This document shows positions 7,969-17,691 of a stretch of DNA of 64,000 nt, piece after piece; position 1 is the stretch's first letter, and each line of letters begins with the position of its first letter. A program made the position numbers and the translations under genes. The notes beneath the pieces were generated by a model, which ran no database searches, had not been told where the DNA came from, and saw nothing but the letters and a program-made list of their open reading frames with translations. The DNA comes from Bdellovibrionales bacterium (GTDB lineage Bacteria > Bdellovibrionota > Bdellovibrionia > Bdellovibrionales > UBA1609). Location of the stretch: positions 637,327 to 701,326 of the forward strand of contig OZ244719.1 in assembly GCA_965219095.1 (NCBI GenBank). The letters are read 5' to 3'.

Positions 7969-10308
7969 ATGCCTAAAAGTATAAAAAAGGACTTGCTTTT
8001 TATTTTTTGGACCAGTGCTTGTGCATTTCTGTTTCTATCTCTATTGAGCTTTAGCCCTTATGACCCCTCTTTTAATTCTATAGGACAAGAATTTACAAAA
8101 ATCAAAAACTTTTGTGGCTTGTTAGGATCTTTTCTCTCCGACACACTTTATCAATTCTTCGGCATAGGAGCTTGGTTGGTGCTTATTCTTTTTTTGCGTT
8201 GCGCATGGAGGAGTTTTAACCAAGAAAAAGTCATTAAAAATAACCTCCTGCCCTCTTTTTTCATTATAAATACCTGTAGCTTGTTAAACCTTTACGGACC
8301 GCAAATCTATTTGTTTGAAAAACAAATTCCTTTAGGAGGAGTTTTGGGAGCTTTTGTTGTAAAACATTTGATACCTCTTGTAAGTTTTTACGGACTTTCT
8401 ATTATGCTGTGGGCTATTTTTATAGCTCTTATAACTTTCTATACAAAAATTTCTATTTTCCAATGGATTTTTGCAACGAAAGCCTTAACCTCTCTCAAAG
8501 AGGCTTTTAAAACTTGCTTTAAAATCCTTATCTTTTTTTGGTTTTTACTTTTTGAAAAAACTCTTAGTTTTTTCAAAACTAGTTTTCACAAATTAAAATC
8601 TATGAAACCTAGAAGAAAGAAAGTAGGAGAGATTTTAGAAGTTAATTTTTCACAAAATCAAGAAGCCCTACATCTAAAAGAAAAAAATAAACAAGAAGTG
8701 AATACAACAGAAATGAACACAGAGTTTTTGAAAGAAGAAAACCCTCAGTCAGAAAAAAATCTTCGTTTTTCTCTTTCTAAAAAAGAAACCTATCATCTTA
8801 AATCCTCTTTTCAAAAAGAACAAAAAGCCCACCTCTCATCATGGCTTCTACCTCCTCTTTCTCTTCTAGAAGCCCCATCTTCTCTGAAAAAGCCCATCCA
8901 TCAAAAAAATATAGAAAAAAAAGCTCAACTCTTAAAACACAAACTCTCTCAATTCAAAGTGGAAGGGAAAATCACGGCTGTTAAGTCAGGCCCTGCTATC
9001 ACACTGTTTGAGTTCAAGCCTAATTCTGATGTGAAAATCAGCCGTATTACCGAGTTAGCTGATGATCTTTGTTTGGCTTTAAGTTGTGAATCAGTAAGGA
9101 TTTTAGCTCCCATTCCAGGAAGAGACGTAGTGGGTATCGAAACTTCTAACGATTGCAGACAAACTGTGGGACTAAGAGAGTGTATTGAACAAGATCTTTT
9201 TTGGTCAAACGAAGTAAAGCTTCCTCTTTGTTTAGGAAAACGGGCCGAAGGAACTCCTACGATTGTAGATTTATCTAAAATCCCCCACACTCTTATAGCA
9301 GGAACAACAGGATCTGGAAAGTCTGTCTTTGTAGTTAGCTGTTTGATAAGCCTCATCTACAAACACTCACCAAAAACTTTAAAACTTATTTTAATTGATC
9401 CTAAGCAAGTGGATCTAAGTGTGTTCCAAAAGCTCCCCCATCTTTTGATGCCCGTTCTTAAAACTCCTAAAAAAGCCATTACAGCTTTAAAGTGGGCCGT
9501 TGATGAAATGAATCGACGCTATCGATCCATGGCAACGTTCGAAATGCGTGATTTAGAGAGTTTTAATAAAAAAGTAAAATCTTTATCTCCTTCTGAAAGA
9601 CAAAAACATAACAAGATCAATGAAGAGCTAAGCTCTAAAGAAAAGTATTACTTTGAACCACAGCCTTTGATTGTCATTTTAGTAGAGGAGTTCGGAGATT
9701 TAATGGCTGTAGATAAGGGTCAAGTAGAACCTTTAGTGGTAAGACTAGCTCAAATGGCTAGAGCCTGTAGCATCCACCTTATTTTAGCTATGCAAAGTCC
9801 CAGAAAAGATGTTGTAACAGGGCTTATTAAGACAAACATTCCAGGACGTATTAGTTTTAAAGTGGCAAGTAGCCTAGACTCGAGAGTGATCTTAGATGAA
9901 GGGGGAGCGGAAAGACTTCTTGCAAGAGGAGATATGCTTTATATGGCACCTAGTGTGAATCGCCCTCAAAGACATCACGGAGCTTGGGTTTCAGAAGAAG
10001 AGTTATCAGGAGTTTTAAAACATTGGTTCACTCAAGGAGAGCCTGAGTTTGTGGAAAGCTTTCCTAGTTTTCAAAAAAAATCCTCAGAAGCTTCTTATAG
10101 CTCTCAAGGGCTTTGTCTTGAAGATGATGACAAGTGTGAAGAGCTGATGGCCTTACTTGCCACAGAAAAATACATCAGTGCGTCTTTAATACAAAGACGT
10201 CTTTCTTTAGGCTACCCTAGAGCTGCAAGACTTGTTGAACTCTTAGAAGAAAAAGGACTCATAGGACCCTCTCATGGAAGTAAGCCTCGCAAAGTGTTGA
10301 ATCATTAA
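7969..10308 (+). CDS. ftsK: DNA translocase FtsK
   Basis: N-terminal transmembrane helices, linker, motor domain with Walker A GTTGSGKSV and ILVEEFGDLM, C-terminal gamma winged helix ISASLIQRRLSLGYPRAARLVELLEEKGLIGP. Confidence 0.95.
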   Translation: MPKSIKKDLLFIFWTSACAFLFLSLLSFSPYDPSFNSIGQEFTKIKNFCGLLGSFLSDTLYQFFGIGAWLVLILFLRCAWRSFNQEKVIKNNLLPSFFIINTCSLLNLYGPQIYLFEKQIPLGGVLGAFVVKHLIPLVSFYGLSIMLWAIFIALITFYTKISIFQWIFATKALTSLKEAFKTCFKILIFFWFLLFEKTLSFFKTSFHKLKSMKPRRKKVGEILEVNFSQNQEALHLKEKNKQEVNTTEMNTEFLKEENPQSEKNLRFSLSKKETYHLKSSFQKEQKAHLSSWLLPPLSLLEAPSSLKKPIHQKNIEKKAQLLKHKLSQFKVEGKITAVKSGPAITLFEFKPNSDVKISRITELADDLCLALSCESVRILAPIPGRDVVGIETSNDCRQTVGLRECIEQDLFWSNEVKLPLCLGKRAEGTPTIVDLSKIPHTLIAGTTGSGKSVFVVSCLISLIYKHSPKTLKLILIDPKQVDLSVFQKLPHLLMPVLKTPKKAITALKWAVDEMNRRYRSMATFEMRDLESFNKKVKSLSPSERQKHNKINEELSSKEKYYFEPQPLIVILVEEFGDLMAVDKGQVEPLVVRLAQMARACSIHLILAMQSPRKDVVTGLIKTNIPGRISFKVASSLDSRVILDEGGAERLLARGDMLYMAPSVNRPQRHHGAWVSEEELSGVLKHWFTQGEPEFVESFPSFQKKSSEASYSSQGLCLEDDDKCEELMALLATEKYISASLIQRRLSLGYPRAARLVELLEEKGLIGPSHGSKPRKVLNH

Positions 10309-10323
10309 AAAAGTGTTAGAGAT

Positions 10324-10482
10324 ATGAAACATACTTTATGTCAAAAAGATTTAAAAAAGATTGTTTGTTTTTTTATAGTAAGCTCTTTTATGGTTTCTTT
10401 GTTTTTTCTCTTAGGTTGTGGTGTGAAAGGAGATCCTAAACCACCCCTTTTATACCCTAACAAAAAAGAATCTGGAGAATAG
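10324..10482 (+). CDS. small lipoprotein, LptM/YifL-like
   Basis: 52-aa ORF not in the track: MKHTLCQKDLKKIVCFFIVSSFMVSLFFLLGCGVKGDPKPPLLYP. Lipobox LLGC followed by GxKGxP...P, as in YifL-type mini-lipoproteins. Confidence 0.55.
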   Translation: MKHTLCQKDLKKIVCFFIVSSFMVSLFFLLGCGVKGDPKPPLLYPNKKESGE

Positions 10483-10575
10483 TACAGTGTAACGGTTTTG
10501 TTGCACGCTGAGCCTCTGAACTTAACTAAGGTTTAGTGATTCATTGATAAACACAAGATGCTTTCCTGTAACCTA

Positions 10576-12019
10576 GTGTTCTGAGCAGTAATTTTTTTCA
10601 CAATTTTCAAGCCTTTAATCCAGGTCATTTTATTAAATTATTTTTATGTTAAAAAGAATAAAAGTGAAATGCTTAGAGCTATACCAATTCCAAAAGTTAA
10701 TTCTACATTTTCATGTATAAGTTTGGATTTTTACTTCTAGAAATTTATAACTTTTAAGTACAGGTAAAGAGTGTATCAAATTCATTGGAAAGATATGATT
10801 CTCTAATGTTTATATACAATTTAGTTTACAGGCTCTTACAGGCTCGTCTCACTTTTTATAATGGAACTTTTCTCTGGCCGATTTTCTTGAAAAATTCCAT
10901 TATATTGTCATCTTCCGTCTGTTCATAATATTCACCCAAACCTTGGTTCTTTTTCTTAAAGTTTCTATGTCAGGTATTCTTAATTTTCCTAAACATTGAC
11001 GAGAGTACATATTGATTGCAATTTCTGCTTGATTTAACCAACTTCCATGATTCGGAGTGTAATGAACCTCAAAGCGAGACCATAGATGCAAACCTCGCTC
11101 TTTTCCATAAAAATCAGTAAGACTTTTTTTTCTATGAGTGTTCAAATTATCCATAACTAGAACAATCTTCTTGGAATCAGAATAATGTCTCTCAACAGAA
11201 GATAAAAACTTAGCAAAATCCGGACCTGTCCTTCTCTCTGTTACCTTATTCATATAAAAACCTCTCTTAGGCTCCACAGCACAGAAAACATTTGCTGTAC
11301 CCTCTCTTTTATACTCATAATCTACTTTTTTTACTTCCGAGGGACGACACAACCCGATGGAGGACGAACATCATCAAGTAACTGAAGAGGCATCAATACA
11401 CACAACAGGCTTTCCTTTAATCGGAGGCTTCTCATACACTTTCAAAACATCCTCCATCCTCTCTATAAATTCATCATTAAGCTCCGGTACACATCAGCTC
11501 TTCTATTGCCAAGGTTTTAGAGCATGTTCTAAAAGAATAGTCCTAACTTTTTCTTTGCTAATAGAGTCTACAATCTTGTTTTTTTCTGCCCTCTCTTTAA
11601 TGAGCTCTAAAGTCCATCGATCAAAGCCCTCCGGAGGATCTGAGCAGACCATAGCTATAATCTTTGACTTTATACGATCATCAAACTTTGGAGGTTTTCC
11701 AGGACGAGGATCATCTTCAAGGGCTTTTTTCAAACCAAAATCCTCATAGTTTTTTTGGATGTTGAAAACAGTTCTAGGAGTTATCTCTAAGTAATCTGCT
11801 GTCTCTACGGCAGTTAATCTTTTGTTCCTTAAGTTTAGAACATTGGCTCGATATATGGCTCTTGGATTTTTAGACTTCTTTATAATTTTAAGAATTTCTC
11901 TCTTATCTTTTGGCTTTAATAAATTTAACATATGAGTATTAAAACATAAAAAAATAAATAAATAAAATGACCTGGATTAAAGGCTTGAAAATCGTGAAAA
12001 AAATTACTGGTCAGAACAC
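10576..12019 (-). mobile_element. IS630-family element (copy type 1)
   Basis: About 55-nt terminal inverted repeats GTGTTCTGAGCAGTAATTTTTTTCACAATTTTCAAGCCTTTAATCCAGGTCATTTTA. Flanked by TA at 10574-75 and 12020-21. The empty-site version ...AACCTAAGACCCTTAG is seen at about 29415. Confidence 0.85.
10900..11931 (-). pseudogene. IS630-family transposase, frameshifted
   Basis: N-terminal HTH ORF (11503..11931, ...DPRPGKPPKF...) and DDE ORF (10900..11352, DYEYKREGTANVF...MDNLNTH...WLNQAEI). The 150 nt between them needs at least two frame changes and contains stops. Confidence 0.75.
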
Positions 12020-12079
12020 TAGAGCCCTTAGAAATACAAAACAAGGATAGTTTGGGGGTTTTATAGGAAAATGTTCTAA

Positions 12080-12790
12080 AAAGATGGAAAAAATATAATA
12101 AAGAACTCGTTAAGTATGGTTCTATTACTTTTTTGTTTTCTGATTACAGCACTGTATGTCGTTGTTTAAAGGACTGCTCTATAGAACTAGGGAAAATTAA
12201 ATCAAAAGAAAAATGTATTGTGATTGATTCTACAGGCGTAAAAATTTATGGAGATGGAGAGTGGAGAGCAAAAAGTATGGTCCTTTAAAAAGAAGAAACT
12301 GGAAAAAGCTTCATCTATGTGTTGATGAAAAAAAGTGGCCAGATTGTAGCATCTACTCTAACGGACAATTTTCTGGGTGATTCGGAAATTTTTGGAGATT
12401 TATTAAGAGGTCTTGAAGATCATATTTTCAAAATCAGAGCAGTCCAGAGCTTATGATACTAAGGGTTGTTAGGATCATTAGTGAAAGAAAAAAAAATTCA
12501 AGCTGTAATTCCTCTAAGAAAGAGGGCCGGGATAAACCAACATGGAAATAATAAATCTCCACTAAAACAAAGAGATAAAGCGATCCGAGCCATATGTAAA
12601 AAAGGTAAAGAAGTTAGCAAAAAAGAAAATAACTACGCCTTGTCGTTTTATTGCTGAAACGACTATGTATCAATTCAAACAACTTCTTAGGAGCAAAACT
12701 TAATTCAAGAAATTTTATAAATCAAGCTAATGAAGCCTTCATAAAATACAAGATTCTCAATCAAATGAAAACCCCTTCAGCTATCAGACT
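12080..12790 (+). pseudogene. IS903-like transposase remnant
   Basis: Homology is readable only by switching frames. Multiple in-frame stops. Confidence 0.65.
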
Positions 12791-12866
12791 CCAAACTCAA
12801 TAGGAATGATGTCACCTCAAGTGGAAACAACTTGATCTAAAATACTTATGTACAATAAAGCCTGCT

Positions 12867-13178
12867 TTATTTACACTCTAAGTATATGTTCATACTGCAA
12901 CTTGAAGAGGCCCAGGCCCCACCTGTTTTTACTTGATCTATAATTTCCCCAGGCCTTCCTTGTAATCTATAACATTCATCTTGAGCGGCTGCTATTGCTT
13001 GGAATGACGCACAAGAACAAGTAGCTATAGTCCCTGCGCAGAAACCAGAGCCTGTTACAATTTTATTCTTACTATACCTATTGTTGTCGCCACTCATCGG
13101 TCCATTAGGGCCGACTGCATAGGAATAGGAGGGTGAAAACATAGATAAGCTTAAAATCATAAATATAATTTTTTTCAT
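12867..13178 (-). CDS. small secreted Cys-rich protein
   Basis: MKKIIFMILSLSMFSPSYSYA signal peptide after an AAAGGAGAAAAA RBS. Mature ~80 aa with six Cys. Locally GC-richer. Wedged between two IS elements. Confidence 0.6.
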   Translation of the reverse strand: MKKIIFMILSLSMFSPSYSYAVGPNGPMSGDNNRYSKNKIVTGSGFCAGTIATCSCASFQAIAAAQDECYRLQGRPGEIIDQVKTGGAWASSSCSMNIYLECK

Positions 13179-13380
13179 TTTTTCTCCTTTCTTTTTGTAT
13201 TTTGTTTCTGTCAATCAGAATAATTGAATGGAATCATTTTTAAAACAGACAGAAGTGTACAAAAGTGGACATATAAATTTTTTAAAAAGGATTGTAAAAA
13301 TAACAAAGATTATAGAAATAACAATAAATTGACATCCTCATATGGATGACCAATCAATCAAGCAAGAAAAGTAAGTCGGT

Positions 13381-13422
13381 GATCTTCCCCCAAAAAACTG
13401 TCCACTTTTTTGGGGGAAGATC
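13381..13422. repeat. solo IS3-type terminal repeat folded into a 17-bp perfect palindrome
   Basis: GATCTTCCCCCAAAAAA-ctgtccac-TTTTTTGGGGGAAGATC. The right arm plus spacer is the reverse complement of the left IR of the IS3 element at 31048 (TGATCTTCCCCCAAAAAAGTGGACAG). Confidence 0.8.
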
Positions 13423-13517
13423 GGGTAAACTGTAGAACTCTTTATAATCTCTGTTATTTTGTGAGTTGTTATTTAGAGCCTGTGAGAAAAAAGATCAAAG
13501 AGGAACTTTTTAAACTA

Positions 13518-14794
13518 GTACAGCATAACATTAAATTTTAATATTTTCATAATGCCTCTTAAACTTATTTCTAGCCTTATTATTTGTAAACTGCCAATTA
13601 ATTTTGATTCTGTCTTTGTTTCTCTTACGGGTCCAAGTTTCTACTTCTTTTTTTAGTTGTTCAAAACTTCCTATACGTCGGTTTAAACATTGCTTTGAAA
13701 GAGCCGAAAACTCGATTTCTGCCATATTTAACCAACTGGCCTTTTTAGGAGTATAAATCATCTCAAGTCTATTTTTTAACTCCAAGGCCTTTTGAGCTGG
13801 CATGTTCTCATAAAAAGAAGAGCCATTGTGAGTGTTTAAATTATCTTGTATCAATGTGATCTTGTCTACGTCCTTATAATATAAGGACATTTTTCTCATG
13901 AAAAGAGCATAATCTTTCTTTGTTTTTCTCTTTCTTACCTCTACAATTCTTCTTCCACTCAATGGCTCTATGGCTAAGAACACAACACAGGTTCCATTTC
14001 TTTTGTAATGATAATCCTCTCTTTTTTCTTTTCCAGGGCTTACAGGAACTGGCATCAAAACATCTTCTATCAATTGACAAGGACGCTCATCAAAACAAAG
14101 AACAGGACGATTAGAATCTAGCTTTCTTTCATAAACTTCTAAAACAGACTCCATTTGGCAAATAAAATGAGAATCGATCTTGCTTAAACACCACTGTCTT
14201 TTTAAATGAGGTTTGACTTCGTTTTTTTTAATATACGACCCACATGGGTGTGAGAAATAGAGTCTACAACATTTAACTCAACCAACTTATCAGATAGCAT
14301 CTGTAAACTCCATCGACCATAACCTTCAGGAGCTTTCGTACAAGCTAAACTCGTAATCTTCGTCCTTTGCTTCCCTGTAAACTTAGGAGGCTTTCCAGGA
14401 CGAGGAGCATCATAAAGTGCTCTCCCTAATCCTCCCTTCAAGTACCCTTCTTTGATATTTTGAATAGTCCCTAAAGTTCTCACTCCAAGAATCTCACAAA
14501 CCTCTGTGGAACCCTTCCCTTGATGGCTTAAAAGTAAAACCCTGGCTCGTGTTAAAACTCGAGACTGATTCACTCCCTTCTTCAACATCTTCTCTAATTT
14601 TGTCTTCTCTGAACTCTTTAACTTTATCCTTACTTTTGGCTTTCTTTTTGCTTTTGGATTTGCTCTTGCCTTTGTTTTTAATTTCATCTTTGATCTCATA
14701 TCCCCTCCTTGGACTTTTTATTAAACTACAACAAATATTATAGGAACAACAAAAATACAAGTCAAATATATTGAAATTTAAGGTTATGCTGTAC
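13518..14794 (-). mobile_element. IS630-family element (copy type 2)
   Basis: Inverted repeats GTACAGCATAAC(A/C)TTAAATTT at both ends, flanked by TA at 13516-17 and 14795-96. Confidence 0.85.
13531..14699 (-). CDS. IS630-family transposase in two ORFs, possibly joined by a -1 frameshift at an A8 run
   Basis: ORF1 (14202..14699) has an HTH and DAPRPGKPPKF. ORF2 (13531..14154) has DYHYKRNGT...QDNLNTH...WLNMAEIEF (DDE). Reading -1 from A AAA AAA (T8 on the + strand, 14222-14229) gives KKNEVKPHLKRQWCLSKID..., which joins the two. Confidence 0.7.
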
Positions 14795-15044
14795 TAGACA
14801 AAACGATTCATAGTGAATACTTGTTGTGAGGCCTGGAATGCTTTTTGCGATCAAGAGGGCAGGATTAAAAAATTATGCACTTGATCTTGGGGAAACCAAC
14901 AAGATGAACCAAGCTTGTAAATTAATTTTAACAGTGCTTTACCTTTTTAGGAATGTCGAAAACACACGCTGTTGTAAGATGAAAAATCAACAAAAAGGCT
15001 AACTTTACAAAAAATTATGAATTGTACAACAAAGCCGATTGAAG

Positions 15045-15119
15045 TGGCGTTCCCTACGGGACTCGAACCCGTGTCTTCACCGTGAAAGGGTGGTATCCTA
15101 ACCGCTAGACGAAGGGAAC
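15045..15119 (-). tRNA. tRNA-Glu (anticodon UUC)
   Basis: Reverse complement GTTCCCTTCGTCTAGCGGTTAGGATACCACCCTTTCACGGTGAAGACACGGGTTCGAGTCCCGTAGGGAACGCCA. Cloverleaf, CTTTCAC anticodon loop, encoded CCA. Confidence 0.9.
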
Positions 15120-15586
15120 TCCAGAAAAACTCTCTCATGAACTAAGCTTATGGTCAAGATTCATTGGCTGCTTCGCCCTAAGATAGTAGACCTTAACCCT
15201 TTAATAATTGGAAGAGAGGTCAAGTTGCAGTAGTGGAGATCAAAAGCTTGAACTTGAAGAACTGGTAATTTTGCAAATAAGTCAGAATTCTTTTTGGTGA
15301 TTTGCTAAACTCTTTATTGAGCTTAGCTATCAAATAGAAACAAGAGGCAAGGCTATGTTTTAATACCAAAGATAGTGGGATCTATTATGAGTTTCTTTTA
15401 ATCTATACTTTCGTAGAGAGGCTTGATTTCCTATGAAAATGATTATTATGAAGATTTATAATAATACGATCAGGAATTATAGAAGTTCAATTATTAAAGT
15501 CAATTAGAAAGCTTTTTTCTCATAGGGATGACCAGTCTTTTTGAAAGGCTTGTCATTCATATTTTCTTTTTTTCATAGATAATTTC

Positions 15587-15662
15587 TGGTGACCCGCCTA
15601 GGATTCGAACCTAGGACCCTCTCCTTAAAAGGGAGATGCTCTACCAACTGAGCTAGCGGATC
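15587..15662 (-). tRNA. tRNA-Lys (anticodon UUU)
   Basis: Reverse complement GATCCGCTAGCTCAGTTGGTAGAGCATCTCCCTTTTAAGGAGAGGGTCCTAGGTTCGAATCCTAGGCGGGTCACCA. 7-bp acceptor stem, CTTTTAA anticodon loop, encoded CCA. Confidence 0.9.
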
Positions 15663-15774
15663 TCACCCAATTTACAAACTACAAGAGTTTTCGTCAATAA
15701 AAACCAGTCTAAACAAGTGAATTTTTTAATAAAATCCCTTTTCTACAAAAACCTTTTCTTATAAAATAAAACAT

Positions 15775-16542
15775 ATGAAAGAGATAAAGAGTGTTTTTTC
15801 CTATTTGCTTATCATTGCACTGTGTATGAGCAGTCTTTTTTTGTTGAAAAAAAATGAAAAACCTTTTGAGAGAAAAGAAGCCGAAACTTATATTTATCCT
15901 CCTGAGTCTATTGAACATATGGTTTTAGGTTACAATGAGGTCTTAGCTGACAGTCTTTGGCTAAGGTGGATTCAAAGTATCGATCTTTGTGGTAAAAACA
16001 CCATAACAAGACAAGATTATGAAAAAAAATTAATCGAAATGAGTCCCTCTGCCGAGGAATTCAAAAAAGCTAAAGACCTTGTCGTTTTAAAAGGTCATTT
16101 TGAAAACAAAAAACCTGTATGTAACAAAGGCTGGTCTTTTAAAATTTTAAAAGCTATCACTTATTTAGCACCCAAGTTCATTTTACCTTATACAGCAGGA
16201 GCTAGTGCTTTAAGTGTTATCACTGAAGACCATTTAGGGGCTAAGAGCCTTTTCGATAGAGGAAATCAACTTCATCCTGACAACTGGAGGATTTCCTTTT
16301 ATGGTGCTTACCATTATTTGTATGAACTCTATAATGTGAAGAAGGCTGCTGACCTTATGTTACAATCAGCTAGAACAGGGGGACAATCTTGGTTTTATCA
16401 TTTAGCTTCCAGTCTTTACACACAATCCGGTCAAGCTCAATTAGGCCTTTCTATCTTGAAAACACAACTCAAAAATACTAGGGACAAAAAAGATCGAAAA
16501 AAAATTTTAGAAAAGATAGAAAAGCTGAAGAAATCACTTTAG
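15775..16542 (+). CDS. membrane-anchored hypothetical protein
   Basis: N-terminal transmembrane segment or signal (VFSYLLIIALCMSSLFLL); the rest is helical-repeat-like. No motif recognised. Confidence 0.55.
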   Translation: MKEIKSVFSYLLIIALCMSSLFLLKKNEKPFERKEAETYIYPPESIEHMVLGYNEVLADSLWLRWIQSIDLCGKNTITRQDYEKKLIEMSPSAEEFKKAKDLVVLKGHFENKKPVCNKGWSFKILKAITYLAPKFILPYTAGASALSVITEDHLGAKSLFDRGNQLHPDNWRISFYGAYHYLYELYNVKKAADLMLQSARTGGQSWFYHLASSLYTQSGQAQLGLSILKTQLKNTRDKKDRKKILEKIEKLKKSL

Positions 16543-16611
16543 AAAGCTTAAAAAATTTCACAGAGTGTTTTTTTAACTTGACTCTTTTGGTTCTCAATAC
16601 ATATTAAGTCT

Positions 16612-17691
16612 ATGGTTTCACGAAATTATTACGAAGTTTTAGGAGTGAATCGAGGTGATGATGAAAAAACTATTAAAGCTGCTTATCGTAAAATGGCTTT
16701 GAAGTATCACCCTGATCGAAATCTAGGCGATAAACAGGCTGAAGAGAAATTCAAAGAAGCGGCCAACGCCTATAGCGTTTTAAGTGATCCTGAAAAAAAA
16801 ACTCGTTATGATCAATTCGGCCATTCAGGTGTGGAAGGACCTGGGGAAGCTAGTGGATTTCACAATGTAAGTGACATTTTTGATAGTTTTGGGGATATCT
16901 TTTCTAGCTTTTTTGATGGCACAGCAGGAGGAGGATTTGGAAGAGGTTTCAGACAAAGACAAAGGGGTCAGGACTTTCGTTATCATTTAGAGGTGGGCTT
17001 AGAAACTATTTTAGAAGATTCCGAACAAGTGATTCAATTTGGCTTTGAAGATGTCTGTAAGAAATGTAAGGGTACAGGAGCTTATGAAGGTAGAGCTCTA
17101 AAAACCTGCTCCTATTGTGGTGGACAGGGTCAAGTTCACCAAAAACAAGGGTTCTTTTTTATGTCTACAACTTGCAAGGTGTGTCATGGCTTAGGGCAAC
17201 AGATTGAAAAGAAATGTAAAAACTGTCGTGGAACAGGCCAATCAGAAGCTCATAGAAAAATTAAAGTCAAAATTCCTAAAGGAATCTCTTCTGGAACACA
17301 ATTGCGTTTAGCAGGAGAAGGGGGAAGTGGGCAAAAAGGAGCCCCCTCAGGGGATCTTTATGTAGAAATTTTTGTGAAACATCATAAAAAATTTGAAAGA
17401 AGGGGAGAGCATCTTATAGCAAGATTAAAGATCTCTTACCTTCAAGCTCTTTTAGGGGCTAAAATTAAGGTAAAAAATTTACGTGGCCAAACAAAAGAAC
17501 TGACCCTTCCTAAAGGGACAAAGCACAATGACACCTTGAGACTTCGAGGCGAAGGGCTTTATTCAAGAGGCTTTTCTAAAGGAGACTTATTGTTTCATGT
17601 AGCTGTTGAGTGGCCTGAGAAGTTAAATAAAAAAGAAGAAAAATTGTTGCGTGAAATCGCTGATATAAAAAGAGAAAATGTTTCAAAATGA
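16612..17691 (+). CDS. dnaJ: chaperone DnaJ
   Basis: J domain YYEVLGV...KAAYRKMALKYHPDRN, G/F region, four CxxCxGxG zinc-finger motifs. Confidence 0.95.
   Translation: MVSRNYYEVLGVNRGDDEKTIKAAYRKMALKYHPDRNLGDKQAEEKFKEAANAYSVLSDPEKKTRYDQFGHSGVEGPGEASGFHNVSDIFDSFGDIFSSFFDGTAGGGFGRGFRQRQRGQDFRYHLEVGLETILEDSEQVIQFGFEDVCKKCKGTGAYEGRALKTCSYCGGQGQVHQKQGFFFMSTTCKVCHGLGQQIEKKCKNCRGTGQSEAHRKIKVKIPKGISSGTQLRLAGEGGSGQKGAPSGDLYVEIFVKHHKKFERRGEHLIARLKISYLQALLGAKIKVKNLRGQTKELTLPKGTKHNDTLRLRGEGLYSRGFSKGDLLFHVAVEWPEKLNKKEEKLLREIADIKRENVSK

Larger units (their letters stand above)
10494..12862 (+). mobile_element. degenerate IS5-family (IS903-group-like) element, split by a nested IS630-family element
   Basis: Left terminus GGTTTTGTTGCACGCTGAGCC resembles the IS903-type GGCTTTGTTG terminal repeat; right terminus TGTACAATAAAGCC is degenerate. 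Interior 12.08-12.79 kb translates with stops and frameshifts to DSTGVKIYGDGEWRAKKYG...LHLCVDEK...AYDTKGC...RFIAETTMYQFKQLL, an IS903-like DDE transposase. Confidence 0.7.

Noticed and set aside
8949-9356. Antisense ORFs inside strongly supported genes: 8949..9356 in ftsK, 20887..21294 in tig, 53495..54022, 54473..54736 and 54788..55279 in top6B, 6108..6293 in dnaB, and others
   Set aside because: Each lies wholly within a gene with clear conserved motifs on the other strand. They have low-complexity or hydrophobic composition typical of shadow ORFs in AT-rich DNA.
11357-11749. 130-aa plus-strand ORF
   Set aside because: It is antisense to the IS630 transposase remnant, and its Ser/Phe-rich composition is typical of a shadow frame.
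14947-15138. 63-aa ORF
   Set aside because: It overlaps the tRNA-Glu gene on the same strand, so it is spurious.
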